From the human T2T-CHM13v2.0 reference genome, Homo sapiens: DNA of 64,000 nt. Shown in pieces: positions 14,269 to 27,217 of the stretch. Position 1 is the stretch's first letter. Every line of letters starts with the position of its first letter. Location: NCBI RefSeq assembly GCF_009914755.1, contig NC_060929.1, one strand, 5' to 3'. The notes under the pieces are model-generated. The model saw nothing but the letters and a program-made list of their open reading frames with translations, had not been told where the DNA came from and did no database searches. The position numbers were made by a program, and so were the translations under genes.

Positions 14269-14617
14269 TCATATAAATACATATCTTGGTTTGTTAACAC
14301 TTACTTTGTTAAATATGCAATTCCAAGTACCCTAATGTCCAAAGAGTCTATGATTTTCAGTATCTGTTTGATAATCTATCAAACAATTCACTGTATTTAA
14401 TAGGCCCTACTGATTTGTAAGAATTAATACATATTAAGGAGATTCTACTGGAATAGTTTAAACACTAAGAGTACAGTATCATGTGCTTTTGAAGAATGGG
14501 AAAGAACTGAAAAAAAAAAAGAGAGAAATCTTCAAATCCTACACGTGATGTACTTGGTCAAATTAGGCCATGCTTTCTGTCCCTTGCCAATTTCTAGAGG
14601 CTGTTACTAGCTTGTTG

Positions 14618-14800
14618 GGAGCACATGCCTGGGCTTGAATGCTGGCTGTGCCACTTACGAACTGTGTCACTTTAGGCATATTCCTTAGTATTTTTGTATC
14701 TCAGTGTCCACATCTGAAAACTTGAGTTGTTGTGAGAATGAAATGAAAAAACACATACAAAGTGCTTAGGACAGTGCCTGGAATGTGGAATGTACTCATC
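14618..14800 (+). mobile_element. MIR
   Basis: cctgggcttgaat...gccacttac...ctcagtgtccacatctgaaaa...aaagtgcttaggacagtgcctgg. Confidence 0.8.
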
Positions 14801-15357
14801 AGTTGCAGTGCTGGTGTGGGCACTACCTAGCCCAAAACAGTTTCTATGATTTACTTGTTTTTGGATTTGTTTGTATTTGAAAATAGTGTCTATATATTTT
14901 TTTTCACATGAGAAGCAAATGGCAAACTGAATAGAAACGACGTTTAATGTACTTGCATTCTTTTACAGATGCTCTCTCTCTGTTTTTTTTTTTAAATTAA
15001 GTACTGTGTTATTCTTGTCTTATTAGAGAAAGAGAAACAGTGATTATTAAATGTTGTCTAATTACCTTAGCCTGGTGTTGTTTTCACTCAAGGGGAGCCA
15101 GGGATATGTACACTGTGTACACTGCGTTCCAGAAAGGAGAAAAAAAGGATGGGGTTGTGAATTCAGTAAAGAATTTGAGGGAACGGTTTTCAAGTGCATT
15201 GCACCCTGGGGACTTGTGTCTGGCATGGGGCTACCAGGGAAGAGACAGCAGAAAAGGTAACCAGACTTGTGAGCACTCAACGTTGCAATGGAATCTGGAC
15301 TCTGCTTCCTGGCAATGCGACCTTCAATCAGTCCCCTGACTTCTTAGAGAAGTAGAA

Positions 15358-15590
15358 AACAGTGAAGAGCAAATGCTGTGTAAGCAGAGACTTCCCACGA
15401 AATCCTTCTGCTAATTAATTAGCTTTAGATTTGGGGCCATATTCCTGAATTGCTATCAAAGTCTTAATTTTCTCATCTGTATATTGGCCATAAAAAAATT
15501 CCTGTTACAGCACTGGTAAGATAAGGCATGAGCTAAATTACTTTGTACTGTGCCTGGTACATAAAAATGCATGGTAAATTGTTGTTGTTA
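15358..15590 (+). mobile_element. MIR
   Basis: Core ttttctcatctgta and 3' tgcctggtacata. Confidence 0.6.
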
Positions 15591-16005
15591 TAACGATGGG
15601 GAATGCCAGCACTAAACAAAAGATTTAGGGACTAAATGAGATATATAAAGCACTTAGCGCATAGTACCTGTTTTAAAAATGTTCTTCCTTCTTTGTGGCA
15701 TTCTCATACTTCTTTCAAGAGTAATTTCCACCTTCTGCTTCTTTTTCTCCTTTCCAACAACGTCTCCTCACTCAGTCTCTGTAAGTGATGCTCAAACAGT
15801 GCATCTGCCCACATCTCTTGCTTCGTGATCATGAAATGCAAGATTCAAAGGAGGATGGCAAGATGGGCCACTTAGCGAATGCCACACATTTCATCTTCTT
15901 GAGCCTTCCCACTGAAAACATACCCACCTACACCCCTCTCTTCTTCCCAAAGATGATTACTCAGTACTTAAAATCACAGAATCCTACTGCTAGAGTTTAG
16001 GCCCG

Positions 16006-16340
16006 AGGTAGGAAACTGGGAACCTGGGGGCCAGTCCAGCCAGAGACATTTTGTTTCACCTGCCCAGGGTTGGCACAAGTGGTGATTTTAAAATTTTGAA
16101 TTAGTTTTTAATGGTTTCAAATGTCAGATATTTCAAATTAAAATATAAAACACAGACTCATACATATTTCTGGCTACAGTGAAAGTGGGGCAATCTGGCA
16201 ACACAAAGCCCAGATCTCCCAGGTGACAATGGTCTGGAGTGGAGCAGCTGCCCCCTGGTGTCCTCTGGTTAGACCCAGCCCCCATCACTGTCTGCCTTTA
16301 TTTATATTACTGGCACAGCTCCTGACCGTACGATATCCCA
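16006..16340 (-). mobile_element. MER102 (hAT-Charlie MITE)
   Basis: aattttgaattagtt ... atctggcaacac ... gcagctgcccc matches the reverse of the recalled MER102 consensus. Confidence 0.7.
16248..16263 (-). promoter_or_regulatory. Candidate CTCF site
   Basis: The - strand reads GGACACCAGGGGGCAG, close to the CTCF core GGCCACCAGGGGGCRS; motif only. Confidence 0.4.
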
Positions 16341-16470
16341 GTTCTTTCCATTTATAGATATGGGACTGGAAGCCCACCACGGCTTAGTGATGCATACAGA
16401 GGGCAAGGTAAGCTAATTACTGAGTGAAGATGTGAATTTGGGTTTTTGGACTCCTGGGCCTGTGCTCTTA
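16341..16470 (-). mobile_element. MIR fragment
   Basis: ccatttatagatatgggactg ... tttttggactcc. Confidence 0.5.
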
Positions 16471-16759
16471 CTATCTCCTTAGCTGAAATGTTTAGAAGAT
16501 CATAATTCAGTGGAAGATGGGTTTTTAAGTGTTTTATGGTTAATTTTCAAACATCTTAGCCCATTATCTTTCTTGGTTAGACGATGAGCAAATATAAACA
16601 ACCCCCCAGGTTCAATTTTGCTCCTCAGTTCCATGTCCTTCCTTCTGTTTATGGCTCCTGGTCATACCCACTGTGCCCATTTCCAAGTTGTAAGGCACTG
16701 GCCCTGCTGGTAGACAATGTCCAGTGAAAACTAGGTAGCTTCATTTGATACTGTTTATC

Positions 16760-17056
16760 CAGGGATGCAAGCTCACATGCCTACGGGAGCCAGGCAGTTA
16801 ATGTGTGTGACAGGCTGGGGTGACCTGGGCACTAGCAACCCTGAAGGAAGAGCACATTCCTACCTCGGCTCTGGTTGACAGATACCATGAGGGATTCCTG
16901 CTGCCGTCAGATCCTTTTATGTTTTTATTTTTAAGGAGAATCCTGAAGTTAGGATTTTATATGAAAACTTCTGGCTTTAAATTTGGCAATTAATTTACAT
17001 CTTTAAAAAAGTAATTTGGCTAAAGAGAACAAAGACTCAACAGTTTGTGAGTTCTG
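16760..17056 (+). mobile_element. MER102 (hAT-Charlie MITE)
   Basis: ctcacatgcctacgggagccaggcagttaa ... ggattttatatgaaa. Confidence 0.65.
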
Positions 17057-17129
17057 CCAAGGGAAAGTCCAGTTGAAAAAATGAACAGCTGACTACTACA
17101 ACCCCTGCCATTGAAGGGACAGAGAGATA

Positions 17130-17320
17130 CACAGAAAGCACACAGCTTTGATTTCAGACAGACTTTACTGCACCACTCCTATGTGATGCTAACTAAACCA
17201 CTACTTCTCTGAGTTTCAAAACCCTCATTTGAAAAAGGCTTGTAATAATTTCTTAGGCAGTTGATGTGAGGACCAAAGAGAGAATATAGGTACAATGCAC
17301 AGAACAAGACCTGGGAATGT
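17130..17320 (+). mobile_element. MIR
   Basis: ctttgatttcagacagac ... ttctctgagtttc ... gttgatgtgagga. Confidence 0.55.
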
Positions 17321-18968
17321 CTTAGCTCCCTCTTCCTCTGCTAATATCATCTTGGTTTTTTCAAAATGGTGTATTTGAATTTAAATCTATATATTTGTTG
17401 CTTTGTTTCTTTTTCTTTTTCTTTTTCATTCCATAATACCATAAAAATGGTAGGCTGAAGACTGTTCCTACTGTCTTGGCTCTCTCATGCCTGCTGCTTG
17501 AGGTCCTGGACTGAAAATGATCCTTCAGGAAGAGATAAGCTGTATTGAATGATACCTGGTATAATTAAGAGACATCTCAAACAAGCTATTATTTATGGGA
17601 TTAAGACAGAAGTCAGCAATGAAATAAGTTCAAATATGGTATTCCCAAGTAACCATTCACTAAGAAAAAATATGCTCTGTTCTCAAGCAGCATTTCAGTT
17701 AAAACAACACACACATATCAGAACAATCCAGAAATGCCAGCAAGTTCAGATGTTCCCCCTTATTTTTAGGCATATTTTAATACTCATGACTGAAATACAT
17801 ATTTTAGAGCTTTTTTATTTCCTGGGAAAATAAAGGTATTCCCCAAGGGATTTGGATGAACTTTGAGAGAATTTTAAATGCCTGTCAGAATAATGAGAGC
17901 CTTCAGACAGAGGAATGGCAAGAGAAATGCCCACCTCCTCCCTTGATGTTACCCCTTGCAGCTAAGAGGCATGGGGAGTGAGATTAACTAACTGTAAGCA
18001 GAATTATGGGATTTAGAGTCTCTATCTATTGACTCTGTTATTATCCAATTGGGAATTCTTTCATTTGTAACAATTCTTCAGTTAAAGAAGGAAGTAAGAA
18101 AAGCCACAAAGAAAAGTTTGGAGTCAGGGGTGACCAAGCCAATCATATCCTATACTGAGATGGTGCCAGAGGTGGGTATCCCTTCCCCATTTATTTCTTT
18201 GTTTTTACATAGCATCTCTCTCCCTCTTTTTCCTCTCTCTTTTCCTCTCCCTTTGTCATCTGATGATATACAATGAATGGCTTTTTATCTCTTAGACATT
18301 GATTTGCCTTTACCAAAGGAGGAGTAATTTTAGATACATCCAATTTTCAGAAGTACAAGTGGGATGTGTGAGGCAAGTTTCAATTTCCCTAGGCATATCT
18401 CAGCTTTAAAGGAAATGTTCCCATGACAAAAATAAAAAATATTTGATAAAAATCTTTTTATATAACTCCCTATAATTTTTTTCATAGCTTGGAAGTGGTC
18501 TAAGAGTTGTGCGATGTAGCCGTTGCTAGGGAAACTTGCTTTTTAGTGAACAGCAATTTCCAAAGCAGATGCATTTCCTCTCTAACTAATGAGTGTGTAA
18601 ATGCTACCTCTACTGCATTTTGCCTCAGTATTTTGGAAACAACTTGAACTATTTGCTTAGGACAGCAGATATCTGCTTTATAAAATTGAAGCAAATACAC
18701 TCCTAGTATATCTTATTTACATGCAACTTGTGATGCATATTTCAAAAGCACATTTGTGGTTTTTCACTTTCTTGTTGGAAGACATTTTACACCTGTCAAT
18801 GGCAGAAATAATTGCTAGGATTTTTTTTTTTTAATCCTCTCTGGAAGGTTTAACTATGTTTGGTTGCATGGTGCATTTCATTCCCACAAATCTAACTGCA
18901 GAGGGGGAACTCTACTGATTTGGACTGGGAAGCCAACTGGAAGTCGCGCTGCCTACTAGCAAATTGAA

Positions 18969-18983
18969 TATTGTTATGCAAAG
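18969..18983 (+). promoter_or_regulatory. Candidate Sox-Oct composite motif
   Basis: TATTGTTATGCAAAG versus consensus CATTGTTATGCAAAT (13/15); motif only. Confidence 0.35.
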
Positions 18984-20074
18984 TTGGGTGGGAGCAAAGC
19001 TATTTCAGAGGCTATAACGTTTCCTTCCAGTTCACTGATCCACTAATTTCCATTCACTTTAAACTGCTTTTGTATTTTTTCAGAGAAAAAAAGCTATTTT
19101 CTACCATTTGCACTGTTCCTAATCTTTGGCTTTGAACAAAATCTGTCTGGATAACAAGGAGATATGGTCACCCTCCTGCTTTTATGGACAGCTGGCAATG
19201 GGTCCAAACACATGCAAATAAGGAATATAGCTATTTCCATAAAAGGTGGGGCCACATATGCCCTCTAATTATGCTCTGAGATCTTACAAGGAGGAGAAAG
19301 ATAGATTTAAGGAATTACGAAAGGAAAGGCCCAGAAAATGGGAACAGCAGCTTGGACAACATAAAGGATTTTCTGAGCAAAAGACAATATACGAACTTTT
19401 TTTTTTTTTTTTTAGTATCTCCCTCCCTGAAATAGTCCTCTAAAAGTTTCTAAATTTGGAGGCTTTTTATAGTACCATGGAAATGAAAGAATATTGGCCT
19501 GCTTATTAGTGTAAATTTACAGAAGACCTCTCTTGATAGAATTGTGCAAGATTATATGCGACTTTTTCTTTTTTAAAAAAATCATTTACTCATTTTTGTC
19601 TTAGAAGTTTTGTACTTCTTGACTATGTCCTTTAGAGGGATTAAAGCTATGCTAATGTTGAGTATATTAGCTGAATGGTTTTAGATCTCAGTTAATTCAA
19701 CTTGAAGCTTTAAGTTTTTTTTTAAGTAAATAATATAGTTTCTTAATATAATACAGCTTCAGACTGTACTGGCGTTCTGGTTGTGGCATGTATAAGGGAG
19801 AATGGCAAGGAATGCATTTTTTAAAATTGTATCTTACACAAGAACTATCAGGAGGATTCTAATGCACATAGCATAAGAGCTGAATTTTCCAACAAGTTAC
19901 TTTGGATTGTAATAGGGACTGCCTGTGGGTTTGGTGAGGTTATTACCCCTTCTTCCCATTGGTATATTGAGCAGATAAATTACTTGATTCTAGGGAATTG
20001 TGAGTTTAAAAATTTTTTTGAGTTACACGTGGGAATAAAGTTTCTATTCTTGATGGACATTTTTTTCTTTTTTT

Positions 20075-20880
20075 AAGTGAACTCCAGACTTTATTTGAAT
20101 TTCACCAGATTTCCATTAATGTCCTCTTTCTGTTCCAGGATCCAATACAGAGTATCACATTGAATTTAATTATCCTCTCTCACTAATCTTCTCTGGTCTG
20201 TGACAGTTCCTCAGTCTTTCCTTTTTTTTTTTTTTTTTTTTTTCCTTTTCTAAGACTTTAACAGTCTTGAAGAATATTTGCCAGGTACCCAATAGAATGT
20301 CCCAAATCTGGGGTTGTCTGATTCTTTTTTCATGATTAGACTGGGATGATGGGTTTTTGTAAAGACCACCACTGAGGCAAAGTGCCTTCTTGTCACATCA
20401 TATCAGGGATAGATGATATCCACATACCATCACTGGTTACATTAGTCTTCATCACTTGGTTAAGGTGGTGTCTGCCAGGCTTCCACTGCAAAATTGCTAT
20501 CTTCCTTTTCTCTACTCTATTATTTGAAAAGGAGTCTCTTATATCTAGCCAATACTAAACAGGGGGTGGTGGAAATCAAACTCCACTTCCTAAAGGGAGA
20601 GGTATATCTACATACACTATTGAGAATTCTTCTATAAGGAAGATTTGTCTCTTCTACTCAGTTTATTTTTGCAACAATTTAGTTACATCAGTATGGATTC
20701 TCTTATATTTATTTTATACTTTGGGTTATAATCCAATACTGCTTTATTTTGTTGCTCAAATTGTTCCACCTTTGGCAATTGGGAGCTCCTTCAGGGCAGA
20801 TTCGGTGCTCCTTTGCTGTAGCCCCATTTTTTTTAATTGCTGTTGTTTTAGCACTTCTTCACTTTCTGGTGCTACAAGAT
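20075..20880 (-). mobile_element. L1MC4-like 3' UTR fragment
   Basis: gtcctctttctgttccaggatccaat ... catgattagact ... agtgccttcttgtcacatcatatcaggg ... ttggcaattgggagctccttcagg. Confidence 0.75.
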
Positions 20881-20885
20881 GATGT

Positions 20886-21215
20886 GAACTGGGTGGCTTA
20901 AACAATGCAGTTATTTCTCACAGTTTTTGAAGCTGGAAAGTCCAAGATCAAGGTGCTAGCAAACTCGTTTCCTGGCGAGGGCCCTCATTCTAGCTGGCAG
21001 ATGGCTGCCTTCTTGCTGTGTCCTCACATAGTGGGAAGAGAGAAAGCTCTGATCTCTTCTTCTTGTAAAGACACTAATCCCATCTTGAGGGCCCTACCCT
21101 CATGACCTATATAAACCTAATCACCTCCCAAAGGCCCAACTTCTAAATACTATGACATTGGGCATTAGAGCTTCAACATGAATTCGGAGGAGACACAAAC
21201 ATTCAGTCCATAACA
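20886..21215 (-). mobile_element. MLT1A-type MaLR solo LTR
   Basis: ctgggtggcttaaacaa ... aagtccaagatcaaggtg ... acattcagtccataaca. Confidence 0.85.
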
Positions 21216-21410
21216 GCCCTAATACAATATGAATGGTGTCCTTATATGAAGAGGAGATTAAGACACAAACATACCTAGACTGAGAACCTTAGCAAGAAGC
21301 CAAGAAGAGAGGCTTTAGAAGAAGCTAAACCTGATGACATCTTGATCTTGGACTTCTAACCTCCAGAGCATTTCTGTTGTTTAAGCTATCCTGTCTATAA
21401 CTTTGTATTA
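21216..21410 (+). mobile_element. MLT1B-type LTR fragment
   Basis: gccctaat...ggtgtccttata ... cttgatcttggacttctaacctccaga ... tttctgttgtttaagc. Confidence 0.75.
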
Positions 21411-21424
21411 GTCTGTTAGAACTA

Positions 21425-21425
<1 letters not shown>

Positions 21426-21457
<32 letters not shown>
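21426..21457. repeat. (CA)16 microsatellite
   Basis: Seen directly. Confidence 0.97.
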
Positions 21458-21460
<3 letters not shown>

Positions 21461-21519
21461 CCCATCTATTGGATATTGGCAGTCTCATGTGAGAAAAAGC
21501 CATTAATGAAATAATGATG

Positions 21520-21720
21520 GTGATAAGTGGTGGGGGGAAAACTACAGAGAGTGTGAGGTCATCAAACAGGAGGACCTGATCCAGTCTGGGTTCGTGTGGT
21601 GGGGCTGGGAGAAGAGAAGGGGTGGGCAAGTCAGTTTTTACTGAGGAAATGTCATTTGAGCTGAGACCTGAAAAAAACCAGAAAGCCAGAGCATAGATAT
21701 CAAGGGCAGAGTGGCGAAGA
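21520..21720 (-). mobile_element. L2 fragment
   Basis: ctgaggaaatgtcatttgagctgagacctgaa is a typical antisense L2 motif. Confidence 0.6.
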
Positions 21721-21831
21721 TGAAGCCGGCAAAGCAGACGAATGTATTACAAAAATGGGATCTTGTGCTCTCAATAACCTGCTTTTTCAGTTGGTATTTT
21801 GATTCAGGTGTCATTAAGGATTCTCTTAACA

Positions 21832-22266
<435 letters not shown>

Positions 22267-22514
22267 ATGATTTTTAGTGATACATGATTATCCATTATAT
22301 TGATGTGTCTTACTGTATTTAAACAATCTTTCATAGCTAAATATTTAGGTTGCTTTTAATGTTTCGCTAAATAAACAACTATGATGAGCTTCTCTATTCA
22401 GAATTTTTGGTGCTTATATGTAATTGATTTGTGCAATATAACTGATTCTTTCCTCAGGATTCTTTCTATATGCAACTGACTGTTCTTTGCACTGGAATAG
22501 CTGAGTAAAAGAGT

Positions 22515-23488
22515 ATATTAGTTGTAATGCTACATAGTAAATAATTTCAAAATTTAGTGGACTAAAAAATAATCCTTTCTTGTTGTGTCGGAGTTCAGGA
22601 GTGTCTAGGCAGGGTCTTTCATGAGGTTGCTGTCAGATGCTGGCTGGAGCTGTGTTTGTCAGAAGATCTGACTAAGACTGGAGGACCCACTCCATGGAGT
22701 CTCACGTACATGACTGGCAAGTTGGTGCTGTCCGTGGCAGAGAAGTCTTTGTTTTTCCCTGTATGGTCTCTCCACAGGGCTGCTTGAGCGTCCTCAAACT
22801 TGGCAGCTAACTTCCCCAGAACAAAACATTCCAGAAAGCAAAACAGAAGTTGCAATGCAAAGGAAATCACACATTGTTCCTTCTGCCATATTTTATCAGT
22901 CACTGTGGAAGGTAAAATGACCCCTTAAAGATGCCTATGTCCTAAAACATGGAACTTGTGAATTCATTATCTTATATGGCAAAAGGGAATTTGCAGGTAT
23001 AATTACATTAGAATTTTGAGATGGAGAGATTATCCTCCATTATCCTGGTAGGTCCGATGTCATCACAGAGGTCCTTATACGTAAAAGATGGAGCAGAGGA
23101 ATTTGAGTCAGAGATGAAGATGTGGCTACAGAACTGATAACAGAATGACTGCTTGCTGGAGGAGGCAGCCAGGCCAGGAATGCAAACAGCATCTAAAAGT
23201 TGGAATAGGGAAGAGAAACAGATTATTAGACAATCCAGAGAAAGCACACTCCTGTTGACACCTTGATTATAGCCCAGAGTGACCCATTTTGAATGTATGA
23301 CCTCAGAACTCTAAGTGGATAAATTTGTGTTGTTTTAAGCCACTAAGTTTGTGATAGTTTGTTATAGCAGCAATAGGACACTAATGCAGTCACAGGTACA
23401 TAATTCACTGTGGGAGAGAACAGTAAGAAGGGATGAATACCAAGAGGCAAGGATCATTTGGAGAAATCTTGGGTGTGCTGTCTAACAC
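22515..23488 (-). mobile_element. MLT1F-type LTR, interrupted by MLT1D
   Basis: catgaggttgc ... catgactggcaagttggtgctg ... ctccacagggctgcttgag; resumes after 23393 (tgaataccaagaggcaaggatcatt). Confidence 0.75.
22904..23388 (+). mobile_element. MLT1D solo LTR with a 5-bp TSD
   Basis: TG...CA ends; atggcaaaagggaatttgcag; gttatagcagcaatagg; GTCAC at 22899-22903 and 23389-23393. Confidence 0.9.
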
Positions 23489-24404
23489 AAAGAGCGTGCC
23501 TACTTTTAAGATTTTGATATCTATATTTTCCAATTGCCACTTATGTATATTGTATGAATCTTTACAACTAAAAATTTAGATAAAACAGATTCAGTGAGAC
23601 CAGAGAAGGTGTCTTTCCAATGACCAATATTTCCAGCCCATGCATCTTCCTGTGGAAGAAATAGAAAAGGGAAGTAGACTATTTAATTGTCTAGGTGTAT
23701 TCCTTTCTGACATGGTGGGAGGGTAGGTAGAAAATGGGAGGACAATCATCAAAGGACCTATCCCCATGTTTCCTGAGGCCATTTTCTTTTCCCACCCCAG
23801 TTTATTCTGACCACCTTCAATAAAAGTAAATTCTCAGTTGCCTTTCCATAAATATATTTTTACCTAACAGAATTTAAGAATGATGTCAGATTTTAAAGCC
23901 AAGAGACATCTAAATATAGCTGAATTTTGTTTTCTTTATGTATTATTCTGAGATTTGTCTGTCAACCAGGTGAACATTGTTATGCTATTTCAAAATGAGG
24001 AGCGTGAAATAAAGACATAAGCGTATTTAAGAGGAAACAAGTGATTTCCATGGCAGTTAGAGTGAGCTTATTCTTGGAGAGGGCAAAGTTTCTGCTGGAG
24101 AAAATTTAAAAATGCTTATCTCTGGCTCTCTGTTGATCATGCCTAATATGTGAATGTGTTTTCGTAATGCTGATATTACAACCTTGGGCCACGGTGAATG
24201 AGGAAAGACTTACTTTTCCTACAGAGTATCTACTGTGCAACAGAGAAATACTGAGCAGGAGTCTTTCTCATTTTGGAAGTTATTTTCTTCCTGAAAGACG
24301 CAAAATGCTTTTAAAATTAATTAAAACAAAAACGAAGATAGGCTAGTAAGCAGGTGCTATTTCCAGCAAGAACGTCCAGATCCATCACTCTGGCTTTCTA
24401 TACT

Positions 24405-24505
24405 AAACACATAATTTCCTGGTCAAAGGGGATTTAGAGACCACTTATTGCTCTTATTTTATAAATGAGGAATCTGAGGCCTAGAGGCTTGATCTGCCAT
24501 GAGAA
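24405..24505 (-). mobile_element. MIR fragment
   Basis: attttataaatgaggaatctgaggcctagagg. Confidence 0.65.
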
Positions 24506-24634
24506 CTCAAGATATATTAAGTATTAGATTAAGCATTAGACCAAGAAATATTTCATTTATCATTCAAGTGATGTTGGAGTTTCTAATTATGCTTTCCCCC
24601 CCTCCCCCTTCCCCTGTAGTCATACAGGAAACTT

Positions 24635-25150
24635 CCATTGAAAATCTTGGAAAATGTAATTCAAACTCATTTAAGCCAACAGGGTTTTTGTTGAGCAATA
24701 TAACTAAAAATTCACGGGTAGGTTTGACTCCAGCAAGGTTTGACTCAGGTACTCAAGTACCTTCTGCAGGGCCTGATTTCTTTCTCCATCTGTTTGTTCT
24801 GCTTTCTCTATGTCAGGTTCATTTTTAAATACACTCTGCCCTTACAGTGACATTAGCCTCTCCTTCTCCAGGTTCACGTCTAATTGGAGAAAGTGCTTGC
24901 CTCCTTCCTATCTGCCCAGCAAGTCTCCCTGTATTGCATTGTTCTTTGATTGAATCATGTGTCCATTACTAAGCCAATTATGTTGGCTAGGATGTTGCCC
25001 TGCTCTTATTTATCAAACCTGAGCCATGTGCCATACTCCTGGAGCCAGGGATGGAGGCTGCCATTCTTGAATCACAGGGAAAGTTGAGGAAAATTCTCAG
25101 TATTATTATCAAAAGAAGGGGAATGGAAGCCAGCTGGCCCCCAAGTTGCA
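24635..25150 (-). mobile_element. Old MLT1 (J/K-like) LTR
   Basis: aaactcatttaagc ... tcatgtgtccattactaagccaat ... ctcctggagccaggg. Confidence 0.55.
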
Positions 25151-25248
25151 AATGGTTTTCTGTATTGCCTTTAATTTCCCTGTTCATTTGATTTATTAAG
25201 CACTTAATATGTGCCTATATGCAATCAGAGCAAAACAGACAATGTCTC

Positions 25249-25623
25249 TGTCTTAGTCTCTTTTGCACTGCTCTAACAGAATCCTAAGACTCGGTAATTC
25301 ATAAAGACAGACATTTATTCTTTCACAGTTCTGGAGGCTGGGAAGTCCAAGATCAAGGCACCAGCAGGTTTGGTCTCTGGTTCCAAGATGGTGCCTCATT
25401 GCTGCATCTTCCAGAGAGAAGAAATATTATGTCCTCATATGGCAGAAGAGCAGAAGAAAGAATTCACTCGTACAACCCCTTTTTATAGTGGCTTTAATTC
25501 ATTCATGAGGGTGGAGCCCTCATGACCTAAACACCTCCAGTTAGGCTCCACCTCCCAACACTGTTGCATTGGGGATTAAGTTACTAACACATGAATTTTG
25601 TGGGACACCTTCAAACTATAGCA
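25249..25623 (-). mobile_element. MST (MSTB/C-like) solo LTR
   Basis: tgtcttagtc ... cacagttctggaggctgggaagtccaagatcaagg ... caaactatagca; flanks gtctc/ttctc form a near-TSD; inserted in an L2. Confidence 0.9.
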
Positions 25624-25749
25624 TTCTCTGACGCATAGTTTATAATCTCAGGGAAGAAGTGAGTGTGTGTAGAAATAATCATTAAAATAAAAAAGTGTCA
25701 CAAATGGGTTAAGTAAAAAACTAAAAGAGGTGATTATCTATTAAAAATA

Positions 25750-25955
25750 TATGCTTGAATATTTACATATAAAATAATGTGATGTCTGGGATTTTTTTTT
25801 TCAAAGTTGTTTGGGTTTGTAGAGGTGGGGTGGGGTAGAGATGAAATCAAATTGGGCACAGGTTGGTAACTGATAAAGCTGGTTGATGGATATGTGGGGG
25901 ATTCATACTCTATTATCGACCTCTGTATATATTTGAAATTTTCTATGATAACAAG
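25750..25955 (+). mobile_element. L1ME 3' end
   Basis: tgatgtctgggattt ... gatggatatgtgggggattcat ... tatatttgaaattttc. Confidence 0.7.
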
Positions 25956-26521
25956 CTTAAGAAGGCAATTTTACAAACAAATATGTTATTGAATAAGTGC
26001 CATGAAGGAAAAATAAAAACCTATATAATGTATGGGAGGACCCAACCAAGTTTCTATGGTCGGGGAAGAGTTTCCAAGGAAATGATATATTTGTTATAAT
26101 CCAAAGTATGACTCGTATTGAGATAATAGGAGTGAGATAAGGACTGGACTGGGCATGCTTACACTTTCTCGCAAACACTTCAATCAAATAAGATACTCCT
26201 TGTCCTAGGACAGAGGAGTGAGTCAGAGTGGGACAAAAGGTGATAAATGTCACTATGGGAGTGCCTCGTGAACAGGGTAGGGAGACTGCTGTTTCCATCT
26301 TAACAAGTAGGAGTAAACTAGGTTAAGGGAAGTAGGTCATTGGAAAAATAGGAAGTGTTTGAGGGAGATGGAAGAGTATGCATGAAGACTTGCTCTACGC
26401 TCTGAATGAGGCACTGTGCCTAGTACTGGTGCTACATAGGGGTGAAGGAGGTTGGTCTTCAACCTCATATTGTCTTGGTCTATGTGGGAGACAAACAACA
26501 ATAAACAAAGACACTTAAATA

Positions 26522-27217
<696 letters not shown>

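Noticed and set aside
17549-17833. 94-aa ATG-initiated ORF in unique DNA
   Set aside because: No recognisable domain or splice support; the length is within chance expectation for a six-frame scan of 64 kb.
22724-22744. REST/RE1-like ggtgctgtccgtggcagagaa
   Set aside because: Only one half-site matches; four consecutive mismatches fall in the conserved TCAGCACC half, and it sits inside an LTR.
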